Shown: positions 1 through 6,820 of the stretch, piece after piece
How the letters are laid out: every line of letters begins with the position of its first letter
Position numbering within the stretch: position 1 is the stretch's first letter
Origin: an uncultured Gemmatimonadota bacterium
Lineage (GTDB): Bacteria > SM23-81
Direction of reading: 5' to 3'
NCBI GenBank assembly: GCA_964584035.1
Contig: CAZOYL010000088.1
Location: 1-11,326 of the forward strand
Length of the DNA stretch: 11,326 nucleotides
The notes under the pieces: generated by a model
Told to the model about the DNA's origin: nothing
Database searches by the model: none
Seen by the model: the letters and a program-made list of their open reading frames with translations, nothing else
Made by a program: the position numbers and the translations under genes

Positions 1-1068
1 CAGCGGCCACCAGCTCACCGGGGCCCAGCCCTGACGGAAGAAGCCCCAGTATCCCATGCGTGGATGTACGCCGAATTGATTCGACCAGCTGCCCTTACGA
101 TGAAACATCCCTTCCAGCATGCTCGTCTGGCCGTACTGTTTACGCTCCAGATAGGCCATGAAACGGCCCCAGCTGTCGGGATTATTCTCGTCGATGACCG
201 GGTTCAACATCGATCGTATGGGGATGAAGGCCTGAATCGTGTAGCCTATAAAACCCAGCAGGACCATCCAAAAACAGAAACGCCAGCGCCGACGCGTCGC
301 CTCGTTGCCCGTGATCATCCCCAGGACGCTGATGACCAGGGAGATGAGTATGGCCACCAGGAAGGGATCTCCCAGGGAAACCACCACCAGGCTCAGGGCC
401 GCTGCCACCAGCCAGAATCGCCAGTCCTGCAGCCGATCACGGTCGTTTAAGACGATAAACAGAAATACGGCCGGAGAGATCAAAAAGACGGTCAGGTGCA
501 TGGCAATACCCAGGAACATGATATACACAAGCATCAGCAGGAGACGCTCCCCCCGACCCTGTTCATGAGCCTCCCGCCACTTGAGGCTCAACCACACCAC
601 CAGGATCATCATGAAGGTGGCCGGTCCATAGACCTCCGACTCGACGGTGTTCGACCAGTAGGTGTCGCTGAAAGCCATCCACAGACCGGCTGTCAACCCG
701 CCGATCATGCCGAGCAAACGTCCCCGCCACCCCAGGCCCCCCGCAAACCAGCTTCGGCTGATCCGTTCCACGACCAGACAGAGCATGCCCGCCGCCAGTG
801 CGCCGGTCAGGGCGGAGAGAAAGTTGACCCGTCGGGCCACCGTCTCGAACAGGGGCAAAACGCTGAACAGGCGGCCCAGCAGACTGTATAGCGGCGCTCC
901 CGGAGGATGGGGAATGCCCAGGATGTGCGCGCAGGCGATAAACTCGCCGCAGTCCCAGAAGGAAACCGAGACCGCCATGGTGCGGATATAGACCACCAGG
1001 ACGAACAGAAATACACCTGCAGCTACCGCGCGGTTCATCCATCGTTCTCGTGCGCTTTGTATTTCCAA
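1..1068 (-). CDS. DUF2723 / TMEM260-like GT-C membrane glycosyltransferase (GT117, putative protein O-mannosyltransferase); partial, runs off the window start
   Basis: Not in the ORF track because there is no stop codon in the window. Manual translation is open from 1068 to 1: ...MNRAVAAGVFLFVLVVYIRTMAVSVSFWDCGEFIACAHILGIPHPPGAPLYSLLGRLF...ARRVNFLSAL...AFSDTYWSNTVESEVY...GIAMHL...FIPIRSMLNPVIDENNPDSWGRFMAYLERKQYG. The WDCGEF, HPPG, ExEVY and PIRS..NP.IDENNP...YL.R.QYG motifs are DUF2723 hallmarks, and there are many TM segments. The start is either TTG at 1068 (GGAGG 8 nt upstream) or ATG at 1038. Confidence 0.9.
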   Translation of the reverse strand, partial: MEIQSARERWMNRAVAAGVFLFVLVVYIRTMAVSVSFWDCGEFIACAHILGIPHPPGAPLYSLLGRLFSVLPLFETVARRVNFLSALTGALAAGMLCLVVERISRSWFAGGLGWRGRLLGMIGGLTAGLWMAFSDTYWSNTVESEVYGPATFMMILVVWLSLKWREAHEQGRGERLLLMLVYIMFLGIAMHLTVFLISPAVFLFIVLNDRDRLQDWRFWLVAAALSLVVVSLGDPFLVAILISLVISVLGMITGNEATRRRWRFCFWMVLLGFIGYTIQAFIPIRSMLNPVIDENNPDSWGRFMAYLERKQYGQTSMLEGMFHRKGSWSNQFGVHPRMGYWGFFRQGWAPVSWWPL

Positions 1069-1106
1069 GATTCGATCCTCCACTGTGTCCGAACACGACC
1101 GTGAGT

Positions 1107-2498
1107 TTAAGATGCCGATAGCGACATGGTCTGATTCAGAATTTTTCCCGGATTCATCAGCTGCCCGGGATCAAAAGCCGCTTTCACCTTTCGATGAGCC
1201 TCCATCGTTTGTGAAGACAACTCCCAGGAGAGATAGGGCATCCGGTAGAGCCCGATACCGTGTTCCCCCGTCAGCGTGCCCTGCAGGGACAAAACGGCCC
1301 GATAGACCTCTTCCACCAGGGTTCGGGCCTGTCTTTCCGCTCGCGGGCTGCCGTCGATCATGGTGTTCACATGAATATTCCCATCGCCCAGGTGGCCGAA
1401 GACGATCACTCTCAAGCCGCGGCGGTCGGCGATATCGCCGACCTGATCGAGCAGCCGGCTCACGGCCTCTGGCGGGACGCAGACATCCTGGCTGATCTTC
1501 CGCCGGGCCGTATGAGCCATGGCGGGTGATAAAGCCCGGCGCACCGACCAGATGTCGCCTCGCTCCTCAGGGCGCCAGGCCTGGCGGAGAAAAACGGTTC
1601 CTCCGGCCTTAGCCAGTTCCTCCACCTGGATGACCTCCCGGCCGACCTGCTCCTCCCTGCCGCAGAGCTCCACGATGAGCATGTGACCGTCCTGGGCGGA
1701 CAGATCCGTCAGGCCATGTTCCCGGATACACCCCATCGCATGCTCATCCATGTATTCCAACGCGACCGGCTGTATGCCCTGCTTGAATATCTCCCGTGAA
1801 GTCCGCAGAGCTCCAGCGGCGTCGGCGAACACCAGCAGCAGAGTGCAGACGCTCTCCGGCAGAGGCACAAGACGCAGCGCGATGGTCACGATACAGGCCA
1901 GGGTCCCCTCGGAGCCGACCAGCAGTCCGGTCATATCACAGGATTCCGAGGAGGCAAAATGGCCCGTGCGAAGCAGATGTCCGTCAGCCGTAACCGCCTC
2001 TAAACCTATGACATAATCTCGGGTCGTGCCGAATTTTCGGCCCCGCAGTCCGCCCGCCCCATGAGCGACATTCCCTCCCAGGGTCGACATCCGGGCGCTG
2101 GAGGGGTCGGGAGGATAAAACAGTCCCTGCTGCTCGACCGCTTTTTGAAAATCCCCGGTGATCACGCCCGGTTCCACCAGGCCGATCTTGAGCTCCGGAT
2201 TCACCGACAGGATGCGGTTCATCCTCTCGAAGCTCAGCAGAATTCCGCCCTGAACGCTCAGGGCGCCCCCGGCGCAACCCGTACCAGCCCCCCGCGCCAC
2301 CACCGGAATCCGCTGCCGGTGGGCGAAGCGGATCAGTTCGATGACCTGATCACGGCCCCGGGGAAACACCACCACATCCGGAGCCGCCCCTTTGAGGACG
2401 GCATCGTATCCGTAACAGAGCAAATCCTCCTTGGCGAAGCTGATGTTCTCAGGCTCCAGATACTGCCTTAAATCATTCGCCGCGGCAGCGGATAGCAC
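1107..2498 (-). CDS. FAD-linked oxidase, GlcD / D-lactate dehydrogenase family (FAD_binding_4 + FAD-oxidase_C)
   Basis: Motifs PVVARGAGTG, FYPPDPSS, TLGGNVA, GSEGTL, GHLGDGNIH, GEHGIG and FDP..LMNPGK. The start is reassigned from 2540 to GTG at 2498, which has GGGAGGAGG (2505-2513) 6 nt upstream; 463 aa. The substrate cannot be determined from sequence. Confidence 0.9.
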   Translation of the reverse strand: MLSAAAANDLRQYLEPENISFAKEDLLCYGYDAVLKGAAPDVVVFPRGRDQVIELIRFAHRQRIPVVARGAGTGCAGGALSVQGGILLSFERMNRILSVNPELKIGLVEPGVITGDFQKAVEQQGLFYPPDPSSARMSTLGGNVAHGAGGLRGRKFGTTRDYVIGLEAVTADGHLLRTGHFASSESCDMTGLLVGSEGTLACIVTIALRLVPLPESVCTLLLVFADAAGALRTSREIFKQGIQPVALEYMDEHAMGCIREHGLTDLSAQDGHMLIVELCGREEQVGREVIQVEELAKAGGTVFLRQAWRPEERGDIWSVRRALSPAMAHTARRKISQDVCVPPEAVSRLLDQVGDIADRRGLRVIVFGHLGDGNIHVNTMIDGSPRAERQARTLVEEVYRAVLSLQGTLTGEHGIGLYRMPYLSWELSSQTMEAHRKVKAAFDPGQLMNPGKILNQTMSLSAS

Positions 2499-2952
2499 GC
2501 CGCACCTCCTCCCGGGCCTTTTCCAAGACGTATTTCTCAAATTCTCCCAGGGAAGTAAAGACCCGGTGAGAGAAGAATCTGATGACCCAGTTCTCCTTCA
2601 TGGGAGAGATGGTCCAGATGGTCACACCGCTGCGATAACTTTCCCACATCTCGATGGCCGTTCCGAGACTGGCTTCGGGAAGGTAAGCGATGAGTACATC
2701 GCTCTGTTTGGCCCGGGACACCATCTCCATAAAGGTTGTCTTTCCTTTGTCGAGATCATAATCGATGGAGTTGGGATGCAGATCATAGGGACTGATGATA
2801 TCGGCGTCGGGAAAGATCTTTTTCAATATTCCGGCCAGATGCCCGCGATAGCTCTGATCGCTCAGCCCCCTGCTTGTGGAGCTGCCCTGGATGATTCCGG
2901 CCAGGAAAAAGGTCGGGGGACTTACATTCGTGCTGAAATGATCCTCATTCAT
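2473..2952 (-). CDS. Nucleoside 2-deoxyribosyltransferase / nucleotide N-glycosidase fold protein (NDT/RCL/MilB-like)
   Basis: N-terminal FFLAGIIQGS strand and loop, followed by SDVLIAYLPEASLGTAIEM with the conserved S-x-G-T-x-x-E nucleophile motif. The likely start is ATG at 2952, overlapping the radC stop (ATGAATGA); 159 aa. Confidence 0.75.
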   Translation of the reverse strand: MNEDHFSTNVSPPTFFLAGIIQGSSTSRGLSDQSYRGHLAGILKKIFPDADIISPYDLHPNSIDYDLDKGKTTFMEMVSRAKQSDVLIAYLPEASLGTAIEMWESYRSGVTIWTISPMKENWVIRFFSHRVFTSLGEFEKYVLEKAREEVRRAIRCRGE

Positions 2953-3655
2953 GGCTGAGAAAACCTTTCCGCCGCAAACTGACACATCCATTCCTGGCGA
3001 CGATAACATGGTCCAGCACCTCGATATCCAGGAGCCGGCCCACTTCCATCAGCTGCCGGGTGACCTTGAGGTCCTCGGCGCTGGGCGTAGGATCTCCGGA
3101 AGGATGATTGTGCGCCAGGATGACACCGGCGGCAGAATGCTCGATGGCCGGTCGAAAGACCTCCCGGGGGTGAACCAGGTTCATACTCAGCGTTCCCAGA
3201 GAAATGACCTCATCATGGATGAGACAATTTTTCACATCCACATACAGACCCCGAAAAGCTTCTCTGGTCAATCGCACCATCGATCGCACATGATCGCACA
3301 CGGCATCCGGAGTACACAACTGAAGCCCGTCGGACCGGCAGAAGAAACGCCTGCCGAGCTCGAAGCAGGCCAACGTCTGGCAGGCATGCTGCCGGCTGAT
3401 CCGACAGAGTTCCTGAAGGGTTTCGACCGAACAGCACCGTGGGCCAAAGCCGTCATGATAGACACGCATGATCCGACGCGCTATCGCATCGGCACTCTCC
3501 CCTCCAGACCCTCTGGCCAGCACAATGGCTAAAAGCTCCCGGTCGGCTAACGCCTTTGACCCCAGCTTCTTCAGCCTCTGCCGGAGCCGGTCCTTGAACC
3601 GTCCGTTGCTGAAAACAGATGATGGATGAACCATGTCCTTGGGCCTGTTGTCCAT
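2945..3655 (-). CDS. radC: RadC family JAB/MPN domain protein (full-length type)
   Basis: N-terminal RQRLKKLGSKALADRELLAIVL, then ELGRR, REAF (JAMM Glu), VHPREVF, HNHPSGDPTPSAED (JAMM HxH...S..D) and LDHVIV. Confidence 0.95.
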   Translation of the reverse strand: MDNRPKDMVHPSSVFSNGRFKDRLRQRLKKLGSKALADRELLAIVLARGSGGESADAIARRIMRVYHDGFGPRCCSVETLQELCRISRQHACQTLACFELGRRFFCRSDGLQLCTPDAVCDHVRSMVRLTREAFRGLYVDVKNCLIHDEVISLGTLSMNLVHPREVFRPAIEHSAAGVILAHNHPSGDPTPSAEDLKVTRQLMEVGRLLDIEVLDHVIVARNGCVSLRRKGFLSHE

Positions 3656-3726
3656 CCCTGAAGTCTCACGACATGGAGATCACTGTTGGGGAAAATACGA
3701 TACCTGTTCCGGCAGCACGCTCCGAT

Positions 3727-4266
3727 TCAGATCCGTCGTGGAGCCGGTTTCCTCAGCTTCTTCTGCAGACGCCGGCTGACATCCGGCGTGACGAACTGGC
3801 TGACATCCCCTCCCAGGCGGGCCACCTCTTTGACCACCGTTGAGTTCAAATAGGTGTACTCTTCGCTGGGCATGAGAAATAACGTTTCCACCTGAGATAC
3901 CAGGCTTCTGTTCATAAAGGCCATTCGAAACTCATGCTCCAGATCGCTGACCGCCCGGAGACCACGGATGATGACCGAAATGTTTTTTTCCTGTACATAA
4001 TGGGCCAGAAGACCGGCGAAGGCATCAACCGTCACACCCTCCATCTCCCCGGTGGCCAGGCGAACCATCTCGACCCTTTCCTCCCTGGTGAACAGAGGTT
4101 TCTTCTGGAGATTATCGGCCACCGCCACGATGACGCGATCGAAAAGACGGCAGGCCCGGGAGATGATATCCAGATGCCCCTTGGTGATGGGATCAAAGGA
4201 TCCGGAGAAAACGGCCACTCTTTGTTGTTCAGCCGGATTTTTCGACGAAACAGCTGGAGTTTTCAT
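3727..4266 (-). CDS. coaD: Pantetheine-phosphate adenylyltransferase
   Basis: GSFDPITKGHLDII (TxGH motif), RGLRAVSD and STVVKEVA. TAAGGA SD upstream of the ATG. The rsmD-coaD pairing is a widely conserved gene order. Confidence 0.96.
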   Translation of the reverse strand: MKTPAVSSKNPAEQQRVAVFSGSFDPITKGHLDIISRACRLFDRVIVAVADNLQKKPLFTREERVEMVRLATGEMEGVTVDAFAGLLAHYVQEKNISVIIRGLRAVSDLEHEFRMAFMNRSLVSQVETLFLMPSEEYTYLNSTVVKEVARLGGDVSQFVTPDVSRRLQKKLRKPAPRRI

Positions 4267-4278
4267 AGCGGATCCTTA

Positions 4279-4839
4279 TCAAACAGTGTCCCCATAGAAG
4301 GATACCATCGTATCCCCAAATCGTCTCTGATCAAGTCGTTCCATCGAACCGAATCGATCCGGAAGCTCGGTCCGCTTGTCGTGCTCGATCACGATCAAGC
4401 CCCGACGAGAAAGAATATCGGCCAGACAGATCCGCCTCAGAAGGGTCTCGATCTGACCGCAGGCATATCCGTAGGGCGGATCGAGCAGCACGATCGCGAA
4501 CTGATACCCCAATTTCTTCAGCCTGGCGATGGCTGAGAGAGCTTTGCTTTTCCAGACCTCCGCCCGGCTGCCCATTTCTGTCCGCTCCAGATTGTCGCTG
4601 ATGAGCCTGACCGCTTCACCGGCCGCATCGACGAACAGAACCGAACGGGCCCCTCGGCTGAGCGCCTCAATGCCCAGGCTCCCCGTCCCGGCAAAAAGAT
4701 CCAGGACCCGGGCATTTCGTACCCGTTCTTCCAGAATGTCAAAGAGAGTTTCCTTAACCCGATCGGCCGTGGGGCGGATACGATCTCCCGTGGGCGCCTT
4801 CAGGCGGCGGCCCTTTGCTTCCCCGGAGATCACTCGCAT
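4279..4839 (-). CDS. rsmD: 16S rRNA (guanine(966)-N2)-methyltransferase
   Basis: MRVISGEAKGRRL, RPT..RVKETLF, LDLFAGTGSLGIEALSRGA (SAM binding), DPPY and IEH. GAGGTG SD upstream of the start. Confidence 0.96.
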   Translation of the reverse strand: MRVISGEAKGRRLKAPTGDRIRPTADRVKETLFDILEERVRNARVLDLFAGTGSLGIEALSRGARSVLFVDAAGEAVRLISDNLERTEMGSRAEVWKSKALSAIARLKKLGYQFAIVLLDPPYGYACGQIETLLRRICLADILSRRGLIVIEHDKRTELPDRFGSMERLDQRRFGDTMVSFYGDTV

Positions 4840-4950
4840 GACTCACCTCGATGCCCACGCCGGTATGGCCATGGCTCTCAGACCGCTATTCCGTCCCGCG
4901 CGCCGGCCAGGACACAACACCCTGCTGGCATCAGAATAGGCCGGCTGGCC

Positions 4951-5883
4951 TTAGGGCTCGCGCAGGGCCAGTCCCGTGGCCAGCATGAACTCCGAGGCAC
5001 GAAAAGGATGTTCCAGGTTTTCCTGGTGCTCCAGCCGGTTCCTGAGATCCGGTAGAACGGCCAGTTCCCGAAAGGGATCGGCGAACTCGACCTCGTATTC
5101 CTCCCGGACGGAGAACAGATTGGCCATCTCTCCGAGATGAGAGCTGCCGCCGCTGAGAAGCATTTTCACGCCGGCCGGCCGAGATTCCTTATCGTTCTGG
5201 ATCCTGCCTTTCAGCTGGTCGATGATCCTGCCGATGTCATCCGTCGGCGGGCTCCCCTCCTGCGGTATTTCCACGCTGATGATGCCCTCGGGGATCCCGG
5301 ACCGGGTGGCCACCATGGTGGCGGCATCTTCCTCGATGTTTACCAGCAGAACGGGAAGGTCGTGCAGACCGGGATAATTCGTCTCGAATGCATTTTGCAA
5401 AGCGAGCGGGTCGGCATCCATGATGGATGGCTGAAGCCGAGCGGCATGGAAAAAACGAGCGCGACGACGCACATCCTCCGCTCGGGCGGCCACCAGGAGA
5501 ATATCGAGGAGTTCTGTTTGGTGGGAGTTTAGTTTCTGGTACTCGATAAGATAATCGTCCGGGGAACCTGGAAGATATTGTTGCGCTTCCCATTGCACCC
5601 AATCATCAAGATGATCTGTCTCCGAGCTCTCGACTTGGATCTTTCTCAGATGTACGGCAGACCCGGGAATATTGACCACGATGCGCCCGGCCTTGTTGCC
5701 GGATTTGACGATCCTGCCGATGGTGCCCCGGGAGGTTAGCGGATGAGCAGCATTCCGGGGAAGATGATGCTGCTCGAGAGCCAGCAGTCTGGGACGATCC
5801 TGGCGATGTTCGATGCACACCGCCCGCAGAATCTGACCGCTCAATTCCAGGCCCACGGTGATGTTTTTCCCGGAACGGAGCAT
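4951..5883 (-). CDS. pilM: Type IV pilus assembly PilM-like protein (actin-like fold), divergent and shortened
   Basis: VGLELSGQILRAV (cf. VGLDIG..IKAV), WEAQQYLP, ILLVAAR, DADPLALQNAFE, LSGGSS, ADPF and C-terminal ATGLALR; 310 aa. Confidence 0.85.
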   Translation of the reverse strand: MLRSGKNITVGLELSGQILRAVCIEHRQDRPRLLALEQHHLPRNAAHPLTSRGTIGRIVKSGNKAGRIVVNIPGSAVHLRKIQVESSETDHLDDWVQWEAQQYLPGSPDDYLIEYQKLNSHQTELLDILLVAARAEDVRRRARFFHAARLQPSIMDADPLALQNAFETNYPGLHDLPVLLVNIEEDAATMVATRSGIPEGIISVEIPQEGSPPTDDIGRIIDQLKGRIQNDKESRPAGVKMLLSGGSSHLGEMANLFSVREEYEVEFADPFRELAVLPDLRNRLEHQENLEHPFRASEFMLATGLALREP

Positions 5884-5886
5884 ACC

Positions 5887-6270
5887 TCACTTCTTTTCCC
5901 AACTCATCCTGCCGGTGCTGACCAAACCGTGCTCGTTGGGGCAACTGATCGTGTAACTGGTGGAATCGACGGCAGACATGATGTATGGCCGCCCGTCGGT
6001 CGGACAGGTCATGACCGACCCCTGGGGTAAGAGCACGAGGAGACTGTCGGGAACTTCTCCATAGAGACCATGCGTCTCGCGGTAAATATCTTGAACTTCA
6101 GCGAGTTGTGCCATATTCTCGCGACACATCCGGGTCTCTTTTTCCTCTCTGATTTGACTCAGTTGAGGAATCAGCACGGACAGCACCACGGCCACCGAGA
6201 GAATGACGATCAGCAGCCGCCAGAAGACCGAACCGCTTTCACCCTTGACCACAGACCTCAATGGACCCAT
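5887..6270 (-). CDS. Pilin/pseudopilin-like protein with an atypical class III signal peptide and a Cys3-His motif
   Basis: KGESG|SVFWRLLIVILSVAVVLSVLIP has Gly at -1, a hydrophobic helix and Pro at mature position 22. It continues with C..N...L...Q..Y....G.Y, typical of pilin alpha1C, then CPTDGRPY and CPNEHG. It lies directly upstream of pilM, with a GAGGAGG SD 9 nt upstream of ATG 6270. Confidence 0.7.
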   Translation of the reverse strand: MGPLRSVVKGESGSVFWRLLIVILSVAVVLSVLIPQLSQIREEKETRMCRENMAQLAEVQDIYRETHGLYGEVPDSLLVLLPQGSVMTCPTDGRPYIMSAVDSTSYTISCPNEHGLVSTGRMSWEKK

Positions 6271-6279
6271 AGACCATGA

Positions 6280-6286
6280 CCTCCTC
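6280..6286 (-). promoter_or_regulatory. Shine-Dalgarno sequence GAGGAGG for the pilin-like gene
   Basis: The + strand reads cctcctc at 6280-6286, 9 nt from the ATG at 6270. Confidence 0.8.
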
Positions 6287-6317
6287 TTTGGTCACAGAAA
6301 TAGTTTAGAAGCTCTTT

Positions 6318-6346
6318 ATCATACAACGAATTAAATATGAAGTCAA
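6318..6346 (-). promoter_or_regulatory. Sigma70-type promoter upstream of the pilin-pilM genes
   Basis: Minus strand TTGACT (6346-6341), a 17 nt spacer, then TATGAT (6323-6318); 5/6 match to each consensus hexamer. It is preceded by an A/T tract (UP-element-like) and lies in the only markedly AT-rich intergenic region of the window. Confidence 0.8.
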
Positions 6347-6375
6347 TAAAAATTTCCCTTCTCCGCAGACCGGAC

Positions 6376-6798
6376 TCATTTTTTTTGCACGGTCTTCAGG
6401 GTCTCAGCGGAATCGATCGTGATCTGTTCGCGAAGCCGCTGATACATTTTCTCTCCGATCCCTCGAACAGCCATAATATCCTTTGTGCTTGAAAAAGGAC
6501 CGTGCTGGTCGCGATGTTCGATGATCCTCCGGGCCAGATGCGGGCCAATGCCCGAGAGAGATTGGAGCTGCTCCGGAGTGGCGCTATTGATGTCGATAAT
6601 CTCACCCGGCTTCCCATCCCCGGTGTCTAAAGCGATGGCGTCTGAGTGGATTTTTTCAGGGAGTTCCTGAGAGATCAGGGACACCTCCGGCGGCCGCTGT
6701 GGAAAATGATGCCGGATCAACTTGACGGCACAGCCTACCATCAGGGTGGCGATTAAAAAGATGACAATACGTCTTTCCTGTGGTGTGATGCTGAACAT
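6376..6798 (-). CDS. comEA: ComEA family helix-hairpin-helix DNA-binding protein with N-terminal membrane anchor
   Basis: IDINSATPEQLQSLSGIGPHLARRIIEHRDQHGPFSSTKDIMAVRGIGEKMYQRLREQIT gives a tandem HhH with two GIG motifs. The N-terminal hydrophobic segment is IVIFLIATLMVGCAV. Confidence 0.93.
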   Translation of the reverse strand: MFSITPQERRIVIFLIATLMVGCAVKLIRHHFPQRPPEVSLISQELPEKIHSDAIALDTGDGKPGEIIDINSATPEQLQSLSGIGPHLARRIIEHRDQHGPFSSTKDIMAVRGIGEKMYQRLREQITIDSAETLKTVQKK

Positions 6799-6820
6799 GG
6801 TTGTCGTTCCGGCCGCCCGG

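Noticed and set aside
563..1096. 177-aa minus-strand ORF (and the 69-aa ORF at 807-1016) from the track
   Set aside because: These are alternative frames over the DUF2723 gene, whose frame carries clear family motifs. Their translations are Gly/Arg-rich or lack any recognisable domain.
2499..2540. Track starts at 2540 (oxidase) and 3009 (NDT)
   Set aside because: They create long overlaps with upstream genes and add non-homologous N-termini. GTG 2498 (strong SD) and ATG 2952 (coupled to the radC stop) fit better.
2945..3655. radC as a marker of an ICE, prophage or defence island
   Set aside because: It is the full-length chromosomal form embedded among housekeeping genes (rsmD, coaD). No integrase, transposase, att site or evident composition shift was seen.
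4840..4950. 111-nt GC-rich pilM-rsmD spacer with possible pairings (CTATTC/GAATAG, CAGGG/TCCTG, GCCAG/CTGGC) as a terminator, riboswitch or ncRNA
   Set aside because: There is no U-tract and no match to a riboswitch consensus I recognise, and short stems are expected at this GC content. An Rfam/Infernal scan would settle it.
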